A DNA stretch of 64,000 bases from positions 148,805 to 212,804 of the forward strand of contig CAYMKU010000001.1 in the NCBI GenBank assembly GCA_964391015.1. Reading direction: 5' to 3'. The stretch comes from an uncultured Ignavibacteriaceae bacterium. GTDB lineage: Bacteria > Bacteroidota > Ignavibacteria > Ignavibacteriales > Ignavibacteriaceae. The notes under the pieces were generated by a model. The model was given only the letters and a program-made list of their open reading frames with translations, did no database searches and had not been told where the DNA came from. Positions 55,691 through 64,000 of this stretch are shown here, piece by piece (position 1 is the stretch's first letter; every line of letters starts with the position of its first letter). Both the position numbers and the translations under genes were made by a program.

Positions 55691-56560
55691 TTATAATTTT
55701 GTCGGCTCACCCTGACCAACATAATTTACAATATCTTCTCCGCCATCTGCATTTATAATTCCGCCTGAAATCCATTCTGCACCATCGTGGCATAGAATAG
55801 AAATTACTTTTGCAACATCCTCTGGATTTGTTAGGCGACTCCGTGGGTTTTTTCTTTTTGCCACGTCAATCATCTCTGTATTTCCAGGAATTTTTCTCAA
55901 AGCAGGCGTATCAGTCACTCCCGCCATGATTGCATTAACAGATGCGTTTAAAAATCCAAGCTCGGCTGCTAATTGCCGTACGTGAGATTCAAGAGCAGCT
56001 TTTGCAGCAGAAACAGCACCATAATATGGAATAGCCGAATGACTTCCAGAACTCGTCATAGCAAATATTCTAGCTTTCTGAGCAAGAAGATTATTCGCGG
56101 CAAGATCCTGAACCCAATAGACAAGCGAATGTGCCATTACATCTAATGTCATTTCCATTTGTGCTTTGGTAATAGGTTGCTCATCATCTTTACCGACAAA
56201 ACTTTTTAACGTACCAAATGCAAGTGAATGCATCACAACTTTAACTATTGGTTTTCCGTGGGACAGGGATTTAAGTTGATCAATAACTTCCCTTCGTTTA
56301 CTTTCATCGGCAGCATTGCCGTTAAAAAAAACATGTTTTGATCCAACCGCTCTAATTGAGGTCATAATTCGCTCAACATTATGCATAGTTGCTTGGCGGT
56401 CAAGATGTACCCCAATTATATTAAATCCATCTTCGGCAAGTTTTAACGCAGTTGCTTCTCCAAATCCTGACGAAGCTCCAAGAATCAATGCCCAATAATT
56501 CTGATTGTCTTTCTGCTTCATAAACCTTAAATGATTTTTATTATAGATGAAATTATACAA
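55691..56560 (-). CDS. SDR-family oxidoreductase, enoyl-ACP-reductase-like (Y-x6-K)
   Basis: LILGASSGFGEATA dinucleotide fold. The catalytic region YYGAVSAAK gives Y-x6-K spacing rather than the classical YxxxK. The start may be the Met at 56521. Confidence 0.6.
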   Translation of the reverse strand: MYNFIYNKNHLRFMKQKDNQNYWALILGASSGFGEATALKLAEDGFNIIGVHLDRQATMHNVERIMTSIRAVGSKHVFFNGNAADESKRREVIDQLKSLSHGKPIVKVVMHSLAFGTLKSFVGKDDEQPITKAQMEMTLDVMAHSLVYWVQDLAANNLLAQKARIFAMTSSGSHSAIPYYGAVSAAKAALESHVRQLAAELGFLNASVNAIMAGVTDTPALRKIPGNTEMIDVAKRKNPRSRLTNPEDVAKVISILCHDGAEWISGGIINADGGEDIVNYVGQGEPTKL

Positions 56561-56681
56561 AATTGAGTTAAGTTATACAATTGGTTCGTGTGAGAATTGA
56601 GTGAGTAATAATTCGATGATTGATTGATAAGATTATAATGATAATGACAAGTTAAGCTACCTTACAAATATTTTTATAATT

Positions 56682-59600
56682 TTACTTCAAATTAAAAATA
56701 ATCGAGTCTTCTCCAAGAAGATTAATTATCGAAGCAACCAGCTCATCAGAAATCTTTACTCTAAGGTCTTTCAAAAAATAAATATGCGGGTTTCTTCCAT
56801 TATTACCATTAAGTACATGTACAAATATTGGAAGATTGCCAGAGTTTTCTGCAAGTATATTTTTTAGAGATAAAATTATTTCCGGAGTATGTTTTTCAGG
56901 ATCAAGATAGATTTTCATGCTGCCAAACAATTTGTCTCTAATCTCGGAAGGAGAATAAGCTTCCTCAATCTGTAACTTTATTGAGTCACCGCTGCTTTCC
57001 GGTTTGCCTATGATAAAAATACATTCCTCTTCACCAATTATTTTCTGATACTTGTCATAAGTTTTTGAAAACATGATTGCTTCACAAGAACCAGTAAAAT
57101 CATCAAGTGTGAAGAACGCCATGTTTTTTCCCGACCTATCAATCTTCGTTTTTAATCCTGTAATCACACCGCCGACACGGACAATATCCAAATTTTCAAG
57201 TTGTTCTGTTTCACCAAGGTGTATAGTAGTAAAAGATTTATAATCCAAATCAAACTTTCTGAGAGGATGTTCAGATACATAAAACCCAATTACTTCACGT
57301 TCTTTAGCAAGTTGATACTTTTGTGTCCAAGGTTGACATGTTTGCGGTTTAGGTTCAACTACTTTTACTTCCTCAATACCACCAAATAAACTATTTTCAG
57401 TTGAAAGTTTCGAATTCTTCAACTTATAAGCATGTGAAAGAGCAACCTCAACCACGTTATTTAGTGATGCTCTATTTTTATTAATAGAATCAAATGCGCC
57501 TGCAAATATTAAGCTCTCAATGCATCTTTTATTTATGATGCGTGTGTCAACATTATAACAAAAATCAAAAATGCTATTAAAGTTCCTATCCAAAGCAACT
57601 TTACTATGAATGATTTCCTCCACTGCGTTCACACCAACATTCTTAATGGATGATAATCCAAATTTTATTTTACCTGCCTCAACATCAAAATAAACAGAAG
57701 GATTGTTTACATCCGGAGGATGAACTGAAATTTTGAGTTTGCGGCAGTCTTCAAGAAATGTCGTTACTTTGTTAATATCATCAAATTCATTTTTAAGATT
57801 AGCAGCAAGAAATTCAGCAGTGTAATAAGCTTTTAAATATGCAGTTTGATATGCAAGCAGGCTATATGCCACAGAATGACTTTTGTTAAACCCATAATTG
57901 GCAAACTTATTTATTGAGTCAAATATTTCTTCAGCAATTTTGGGATGAATATTATTTGCTTTCGCTCCATTGATGAACTTCTCTTTTTGTTGCTTCATTG
58001 CAACAAGATCTTTCTTACCCATTGCTCGCCGTAAAATATCTGCTTCAGCTAAACTCATCTTACCAACTATGTTTGCTATCTGAATTACCTGTTCTTGGTA
58101 TACAATTATCCCATATGTTTCTTTTAAAATATTTTCAAGAACTGGATGAAGGTACTCGACTTTTTTAGCACCTTGCTTTCTATCTATAAAATCATCAATA
58201 AAATCCATTGGACCGGGACGATACAAGGCGTTCATTGCAGAAAGATCATTTATGCTTGTAGGTTTAAGCTTTTTAAGATACTCTCTCATCGGGGCAGATT
58301 CAAATTGAAATATGCCAGTAGTTTGTCCTTTCCAAAAAAGTTGATAAACTTTTTCATCGCCCAGATCAATTTTGTCAATATCTATTTTCACTCCGTGATT
58401 TTTTTGCACAAGCGAAATAGTATCTCTGATAATCGTTAAAGTTCTAAGTCCCAAAAAATCCATCTTAAGCAAACCAGCATATTCAAGATCTTTCATGTTG
58501 AACTGAGTAACAATATCAGATTGTGAAACTGCATTTGCTAAAGGGACATAATCACTGACTTCGCCTGGTGTAATCACTATACCAGCAGCATGTTTTGACG
58601 CATTTCTATTCATCCCTTCAAGCACTTTTGCATACTTAATCAAGTTTTGAATTTCCGGTTCTTTTGAATCGCGAACCCATTTTAATTCTGGAACTTCTTT
58701 CAATGCTTGATCAATTGTAAAAACTTTTCCAAACTTGGACGGAATCCACTTTGTAATTTTATTCACTGTGGGAATTGGAATCTTTAAAACTCGCGCAACA
58801 TCTCGTATCACCGCTTTTGAAGAAAGACGGTTAAAAGTAATTATTTGGCTTACAGAATTTAATCCATACTTTTGCCGAACGTAATCTATAACCTCACCAC
58901 GCTTATCATCCGCAAAATCAACATCTATATCCGGCATTGATTTTCTCTCTGGATTTAAAAAGCGCTCAAAGAGAAGACTATATTTTAACGGATCGATTTC
59001 TGTAATTCCTAAAGTAAATGCAACAAGACTTCCTGCAACACTTCCTCTCCCAGGTCCAACGGGTATATTGGAATTTTTCGCTGAATTAATAAAATCCTGT
59101 ACGATTAAGAAATATCCAGAAAAACCCATTTTCTTAATTGTATTTATTTCAAACTCGAATCTCTGTGTTATTTCTGTTGTAGGATTGGAAAATTTTTTCT
59201 TTAAGCCTTCACGAGCAAGCAGTTCAAAATAATCATCAAGAGATTTTGCTTTTAAATCCGTAGGGATTGGAAATTGAGGAAAGTGATAATCATTGAAATT
59301 AAGTTCAACATTTATTTTCGATTCGATTTCTAATGTGTTCTCAATTGCTCCTTTATATTTTTTAAATAGCTTTATCATCGCATCCGCAGACTTGAAATAA
59401 ATCTGATCAGTACCATATCTTAATTGATTATAATCAGCTCCATTTTTATCTGATAACAATAAAAGAATGTTATGGGGGATGGCATGCTCGGGTTCTATGT
59501 AATGGCAATCATTGGTCGCTACTAATTTTATATTCAATTCTTTAGATAGCTTTGGCATTCCTTCCAGAACAGCTTTCTCAATCTCCATTCCATGATCTTG

Positions 59601-60143
59601 AATTTCTAAGTAAAAATCGTCCTCAAATATTTCTTTGTAAATTTTTGCAGTTTGTTTTGCTTTATCATAATCATTATTAACCAAATGAGTAGCTACAATT
59701 CCACCCGCACATGCTGAACTACAAATCAAACCATTCCTATATTTTTTCAAGAGTTCAAGATCGATTCTTGGACGATAATAATATCCTTCGGTATGACCAA
59801 GAGTTGAAAGCTTGGTAAGGTTTTTATAGCCCTCATTATTTTTTGCCAAGAGAAGCAAGTGGTAATAGGTCCTAGGTCTTTTTTTATTTGAAAAATCTTC
59901 TTTTCCTCTTTCAAATCTGCTACCATCTTTGACAATGTATGCTTCTGTACCGATAATCGGTTTTATACCTTCCTTCTTTGCTTTCCTATAAAATTCCGAT
60001 ATACCGTACATAACTCCATGATCAGTAAGTGCGACGGCTTTCATATTGTTTCTTTTGGCTGCTTCGATAAGGCCGTCAACAGTACATGCACCATCCTGGA
60101 GACTGTAATGTGTGTGGTTATGTAGATGAATAAATTCTGACAT
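56682..60143 (-). CDS. dnaE: DNA polymerase III subunit alpha
   Basis: PHP domain FIHLHNHTHYSLQDG, GPGRGSVAGSLVAF, PDIDVDF. 1153 aa. Confidence 0.95.
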   Translation of the reverse strand: MSEFIHLHNHTHYSLQDGACTVDGLIEAAKRNNMKAVALTDHGVMYGISEFYRKAKKEGIKPIIGTEAYIVKDGSRFERGKEDFSNKKRPRTYYHLLLLAKNNEGYKNLTKLSTLGHTEGYYYRPRIDLELLKKYRNGLICSSACAGGIVATHLVNNDYDKAKQTAKIYKEIFEDDFYLEIQDHGMEIEKAVLEGMPKLSKELNIKLVATNDCHYIEPEHAIPHNILLLLSDKNGADYNQLRYGTDQIYFKSADAMIKLFKKYKGAIENTLEIESKINVELNFNDYHFPQFPIPTDLKAKSLDDYFELLAREGLKKKFSNPTTEITQRFEFEINTIKKMGFSGYFLIVQDFINSAKNSNIPVGPGRGSVAGSLVAFTLGITEIDPLKYSLLFERFLNPERKSMPDIDVDFADDKRGEVIDYVRQKYGLNSVSQIITFNRLSSKAVIRDVARVLKIPIPTVNKITKWIPSKFGKVFTIDQALKEVPELKWVRDSKEPEIQNLIKYAKVLEGMNRNASKHAAGIVITPGEVSDYVPLANAVSQSDIVTQFNMKDLEYAGLLKMDFLGLRTLTIIRDTISLVQKNHGVKIDIDKIDLGDEKVYQLFWKGQTTGIFQFESAPMREYLKKLKPTSINDLSAMNALYRPGPMDFIDDFIDRKQGAKKVEYLHPVLENILKETYGIIVYQEQVIQIANIVGKMSLAEADILRRAMGKKDLVAMKQQKEKFINGAKANNIHPKIAEEIFDSINKFANYGFNKSHSVAYSLLAYQTAYLKAYYTAEFLAANLKNEFDDINKVTTFLEDCRKLKISVHPPDVNNPSVYFDVEAGKIKFGLSSIKNVGVNAVEEIIHSKVALDRNFNSIFDFCYNVDTRIINKRCIESLIFAGAFDSINKNRASLNNVVEVALSHAYKLKNSKLSTENSLFGGIEEVKVVEPKPQTCQPWTQKYQLAKEREVIGFYVSEHPLRKFDLDYKSFTTIHLGETEQLENLDIVRVGGVITGLKTKIDRSGKNMAFFTLDDFTGSCEAIMFSKTYDKYQKIIGEEECIFIIGKPESSGDSIKLQIEEAYSPSEIRDKLFGSMKIYLDPEKHTPEIILSLKNILAENSGNLPIFVHVLNGNNGRNPHIYFLKDLRVKISDELVASIINLLGEDSIIFNLK

Positions 60144-60299
60144 GAAGGGGACTAATCCTCGAACTAAAATTTTATTAATGATTTGAAAAAGAAAAGTATA
60201 ATACGTGCGGTGGAAGTATAAAGATTTTTGTGGCTAAAAAAAATGTTTGCGAGATTAATTTTTTTGTTGTAATAATAAAAAATTTTTTACGGAAGTTCT

Positions 60300-60758
60300 T
60301 CAGTTTTTACCTGTATGACCAAACCCGCCCTTACCACGTTCACTATGATTTAGATCATTCGATTGAGTCAATTTTGCAGTATAAACTTTTGAAACGATTA
60401 ATTGAGCAATTCGATCTCCTCGCTTAATGGTAAACTTTTCTTTGCCAAGGTTTACCAAAACAATTTTTATCTCCCCACGGTAATCAGAGTCAATCGTTCC
60501 TGGGGAATTAAGAATCCCGATTCCATGATTTGCCGCAAGTCCGCTACGAGGTCTTACTTGAATTTCATATCCATTTGGAATTTCTACAGAAAGATTTGTT
60601 GGAACTAACACAATGTTGCTCGGTTCAATAACTATCTCGCTTTCAACTGCAGCACGAATATCCATCCCGGCACATTCTGATGTTGCATAATGTGGAATAG
60701 GTATATCATCATACTCTCGTCTGAGTTTTTTAATTTTTATTTCTACAACTTCGTTCAT
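60300..60758 (-). CDS. dut: dUTP diphosphatase
   Basis: AGMDIRA, RPRSGLA, GTIDSDYRGEI, and the C-terminal RGKGGFGHTG motif. Confidence 0.9.
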   Translation of the reverse strand: MNEVVEIKIKKLRREYDDIPIPHYATSECAGMDIRAAVESEIVIEPSNIVLVPTNLSVEIPNGYEIQVRPRSGLAANHGIGILNSPGTIDSDYRGEIKIVLVNLGKEKFTIKRGDRIAQLIVSKVYTAKLTQSNDLNHSERGKGGFGHTGKN

Positions 60759-62239
60759 TGAATATCTTGAATTTTACTTCGTAGAGACTTGTTTGCAAAT
60801 TTGTTTTTCAAGATTATGATTTCATTTTTATCGAACACAACCAATGAAGTTACCAGCACGAAAAAAATGAACATTATGCTTTTAAAGAAAATATTCATCA
60901 CGTCAAGCGACTGTAACCAATAATAAATCATTCCAGTTAAAAATATTATTGCAAAAATGCTGAATACCTTTACTAATTCATATTCAATTTTATAAAACTT
61001 CTGCGTCACAGAATATAACCCCAAAGCCATAACGACATAGCTTGTAAGGGTAGCCAATGCAGCGCCGACTATTCCAAGCAACGGGATCAATAAAAAATTA
61101 ACACCTATATTTACTAATGCTCCAATTCCAGTTACCAAAGGCACATAGATGCTTTTTTCTTCAATGTAAATTCCGGCAGTAAATACGACATACAAACCAT
61201 TAAATAAATATCCAAGAAGAATTATTGGCACAATTACCAATCCACTCCAATAAGCAGAACCAATTAAAGTTATGCCACCAAAATTTATCTTAACAATATC
61301 ATCAATAAATAAAGAGACGAGAATCAAAATTAGACTTGCCACAAAAGTAAAATATGTAAGAATCTTTGAAAATATTTTCTTTGCTTCTTTTTCAGCTGCT
61401 TGCTGAAGAAAAAACGGCTGCCATGCGTACTGAAACATATTCACAACAAGCATCATAAATATTCCGAGCTTATAATTGGCATTATAAATTCCGACTGTAT
61501 TTAAATCGGTCAATTGAGTAAGAATTGGTCGGTCAATACCTTGAATCAACATTGAACCCAAACCAGCAGGAAGATATGGCAATCCAAATTTTAATAATCT
61601 TTGAAACAGTGAAACATTTATTACTGGTTTTAAGTTTTTAATGATTTCGGGCAAGAACAATAATAAGTTCAGAAATGATGCAATAATATTACTAACAAGG
61701 ACAGCTTCAATTCCCCACTTGAAATAAAGAACAAGTAATAGATTAAAAAAAACGTTAGTAAGAATATTTATAATCTTAAGTGCAGCAAATCTTTTGGCTT
61801 TTCTTTCAATCCTTAATTTAATAAAAGGGATAACACAAAGAGCATCGATAAAAAGAATAAGCGAGGTATAAAATATAAGATAGGAATATTTTGCTGGTAC
61901 ATTTAGAATCGAGCTAATACTTCCTTGGACGAGAATTATAAACAGGGAAAGAAACAGTGAAACAGACATCACCGCAAAATATGGTGTTGAGAAATTATCC
62001 TTCTCGTTTGCTGTAGTTCTGTGCGATGCAAACTTTAAATAAGCGGCATCCATTCCAAAAATGTAAATGATATTGAAGATAGCGATAAAGATGTAGAGGT
62101 TTGCTATAACACCGTAATCTTCTGGCGAAAAAATATTTGTATAGAACGGGACAAGCAGAAAAGTAAGAAATCTGCCAACGATTGTACTTACTCCGTAAAT
62201 AGCAGTGTCTTTAGTAAGCTGTTTAATTTTATCGAACAT
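60755..62239 (-). CDS. MOP-superfamily oligosaccharide/polysaccharide flippase
   Basis: 494 aa with about 12-14 TM helices. The N-terminus TAIYGVSTIVGRFLTFLLVPFYT is typical of Wzx-like flippases. Confidence 0.65.
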   Translation of the reverse strand: MFDKIKQLTKDTAIYGVSTIVGRFLTFLLVPFYTNIFSPEDYGVIANLYIFIAIFNIIYIFGMDAAYLKFASHRTTANEKDNFSTPYFAVMSVSLFLSLFIILVQGSISSILNVPAKYSYLIFYTSLILFIDALCVIPFIKLRIERKAKRFAALKIINILTNVFFNLLLVLYFKWGIEAVLVSNIIASFLNLLLFLPEIIKNLKPVINVSLFQRLLKFGLPYLPAGLGSMLIQGIDRPILTQLTDLNTVGIYNANYKLGIFMMLVVNMFQYAWQPFFLQQAAEKEAKKIFSKILTYFTFVASLILILVSLFIDDIVKINFGGITLIGSAYWSGLVIVPIILLGYLFNGLYVVFTAGIYIEEKSIYVPLVTGIGALVNIGVNFLLIPLLGIVGAALATLTSYVVMALGLYSVTQKFYKIEYELVKVFSIFAIIFLTGMIYYWLQSLDVMNIFFKSIMFIFFVLVTSLVVFDKNEIIILKNKFANKSLRSKIQDIQ

Positions 62240-62241
62240 TT

Positions 62242-63090
62242 TTACTTGATCAGCTTTAGTTCAAGAGAGATATCCAAAGCTTTTACGCTATGCGTTATAG
62301 CTCCAACAGAAATAAAGTCAACACCGGTTTCAGCAATTGGTCTTACGGTTTCTAAATTTACATTCCCTGATGCTTCAATTAAAGATTTGCCGTTAATTAA
62401 TTCTACTGCCTTTTTCATTTCGGATAAACCAAAATTATCCAGCATGATTATTTCAACATCGCTATCAAGAGCTTCCTTAACTTGTTGGAGATTCGTTGTC
62501 TCAACTTCAATTTTATAATTAAGTTTATTTTTGCTTCTATATTTTTTACACAGCTCAATTGCTTTTGATACTGAACCTGCAGCTTCAACATGATTATCCT
62601 TGATTAAAAACATATCATACAAACCATAACGATGATTTGAGCACCCGCTTAACTTAACCGCAAGCTTATCAATCATACGTAAACCAGGAACTGTTTTTCG
62701 CGTGTCTATTATCTTAGCTTTAGTATGAGAAATTTTATTCTGAAAGAGATGACACATCGTTGCAATGCCGCTCATTCTTTGTAGAAAATTTAGCGCTGTT
62801 CTTTCAACTGTTAAAATAGAAAATGATTTACCCTTTACAATCGCTATAATAGTTTTTGCAGAAACGCTGTCGCCATCCTTGGCAAATAAGGTCAGTTGTA
62901 GTAATGAATCAAACAAACCAAAAATCTTTTTCAGAACATCAAACCCAACCACAACCCCATCTTGTTTAACTAAAAATTCTCCATGAGCTAAAATATTAGG
63001 ATCAATAGTAGCTAATGTGGTTATATCTCCATTTCCGATATCTTCTGCTAACGCATCTTTAATTATTTGGTTTAAGCTTCGCTCTATCAT
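62242..63090 (-). CDS. nadC: nicotinate-nucleotide diphosphorylase (carboxylating)
   Basis: ALAEDIG.GDITT N-terminus, ERTALNFLQRMSGIAT, TRKT.PGLR, IMLDN. Confidence 0.9.
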   Translation of the reverse strand: MIERSLNQIIKDALAEDIGNGDITTLATIDPNILAHGEFLVKQDGVVVGFDVLKKIFGLFDSLLQLTLFAKDGDSVSAKTIIAIVKGKSFSILTVERTALNFLQRMSGIATMCHLFQNKISHTKAKIIDTRKTVPGLRMIDKLAVKLSGCSNHRYGLYDMFLIKDNHVEAAGSVSKAIELCKKYRSKNKLNYKIEVETTNLQQVKEALDSDVEIIMLDNFGLSEMKKAVELINGKSLIEASGNVNLETVRPIAETGVDFISVGAITHSVKALDISLELKLIK

Positions 63091-63506
63091 TTGTTTTGAT
63101 TATAAAATCGTTTAATAGCATTTATAAAAAACTCTGGAGGACGAACAGCTTTCTTCGTATCCCTTTTCATGAAAACATGTTCAGTAAAACCTTCAGCAAC
63201 CAAAATTTCCCCTTCATTTCTATGAACAGAATATTTAATATGAATTTTTAGTGCCGGGAAATCTGGTGTAAATGCACGAACATATAGAAGATCGTCGTAT
63301 AAAGCTGGATTTTTATATTTTACACTTACCTCTAACACAGGCAACATAAATCCATTCTCTTCTACTTTGTTGTAGGGCAATCCAATATTTCTCATCATTT
63401 CGGTTCGTGCAACCTCAAAGTACTCAACGTACTTCCCGTTATAAACAAATTGCATTTGATCAGTATCGGCATAGCGAACTCTGATTTGTGTTGTATGATC
63501 TAACAT
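63087..63506 (-). CDS. acyl-CoA thioesterase, 4HBT/YbgC family
   Basis: IRVRYADTDQMQFVYNGKYVEYFEVARTEMMR hot-dog-fold signature. 139 aa. Confidence 0.8.
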   Translation of the reverse strand: MLDHTTQIRVRYADTDQMQFVYNGKYVEYFEVARTEMMRNIGLPYNKVEENGFMLPVLEVSVKYKNPALYDDLLYVRAFTPDFPALKIHIKYSVHRNEGEILVAEGFTEHVFMKRDTKKAVRPPEFFINAIKRFYNQNK

Positions 63507-63643
63507 TAATCTATTAGGATTTTTTACAATTTAAAACTAAATAATTGAGTGGAAATAAACAGATTAATTTGGGGGCAAAATTAAAATCTATTCACAAAGT
63601 AGTTTGTGATAACCCAGACTTTAGTAAAGATATGATTCTCTTG

Positions 63644-64000
63644 TTACTCAATAAACTCACCCATACTTCCAAATTTTTCAAGACGGTTTTCGATCAACTT
63701 ATCGGGCTTGATCTTTATCAAATGAGATAATTCTTCCTTCAAAACTGTCTTCAACATTTTCGCCGCTTCTTGCGGATCTTTATGTGCACCACCTAAAGGT
63801 TCAGGAATTATCCTGTCAATTATTTTTTGCTTGAGTAAATCTGGAGCAGTTAATTTTAATGCTTCAGCAGCCTGTTCTTTATAATCCCAACTCCGCCATA
63901 AAATGCTTGAGCAGGATTCTGGACTAATTACGGAGTACCAACAATTTTCAAGCATCAAAATTCTATCACCCACACCAATACCTAATGCACCCCCACTTGC
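63644..64000 (-). CDS. accA: acetyl-CoA carboxylase carboxyltransferase subunit alpha (C-terminal part; gene continues past the right edge)
   Basis: My translation past the ORF-track Met continues upstream as ...[35 protein letters not shown]... Also GGAHKDP. Confidence 0.9.
   Translation of the reverse strand, partial: ASGGALGIGVGDRILMLENCWYSVISPESCSSILWRSWDYKEQAAEALKLTAPDLLKQKIIDRIIPEPLGGAHKDPQEAAKMLKTVLKEELSHLIKIKPDKLIENRLEKFGSMGEFIE

Noticed and set aside
60230-60427. 65-aa plus-strand ORF in the dnaE/dut intergenic region
   Set aside because: It overlaps the conserved C-terminal motif region of dut (RGKGGFGHTG) on the other strand and is low-complexity in composition.
63545-63730. 61-aa plus-strand ORF between the thioesterase and accA
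   Set aside because: Its 3-prime half overlaps the conserved C-terminus of accA on the opposite strand, and the remainder is ordinary intergenic sequence. No start context.

Overview
AT-rich bacterial chromosomal window, almost entirely coding: about 60 protein genes plus one tmRNA. I found no rRNA, tRNA, CRISPR array, transposase or integrase. Gene content suggests, by inference only, a member of the Fibrobacteres-Chlorobi-Bacteroidetes group, plausibly Ignavibacteria-like. The supporting genes are type IX secretion (T9SS) C-terminal sorting domains, PorV-like and GWxTD proteins, LptF/G, lipid A and heptosyltransferase genes, a tmRNA tag ending in YALAA, and an atp operon without atpD/atpC. 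Main blocks: (i) 1-5618, a minus-strand respiratory module. It has two very heme-rich c-type cytochromes (20 CxxCH, and at least 12 CxxCH in a gene cut by the window edge), a membrane-anchored ferredoxin-domain/FAD-NAD(P) oxidoreductase, a TPR protein, and a membrane protein with two H-x13-H helices. (ii) 6106-15430: dapF, a two-component system bracketed by 32-nt inverted repeats, tmRNA and housekeeping enzymes. (iii) 15649-21132: lptF/lptG plus an outer-membrane barrel/lipoprotein pair. (iv) 23033-30212, plus strand: add, hutU and serA, with a solitary MmeI-like nuclease-methyltransferase gene wedged between hutU and serA and split by a frameshift at an A7 tract. This is the best candidate for an accessory or defence system. 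(v) 31078-43865: a long co-directional minus-strand array of LPS genes, tsaC, M23 peptidase, bactofilin, atpZ-I-B-E-F-H-A-G, ffh, rpsP, KH, rimM, trmD and rplS. (vi) 43974-54967: a T9SS cargo, PorV-like, TonB-dependent-receptor and GWxTD surface locus. (vii) 55353-64000: trxA, an SDR, dnaE, dut, a flippase, nadC, a thioesterase and accA (partial). All functional calls come from motifs I could read in the translations. No database search was run.
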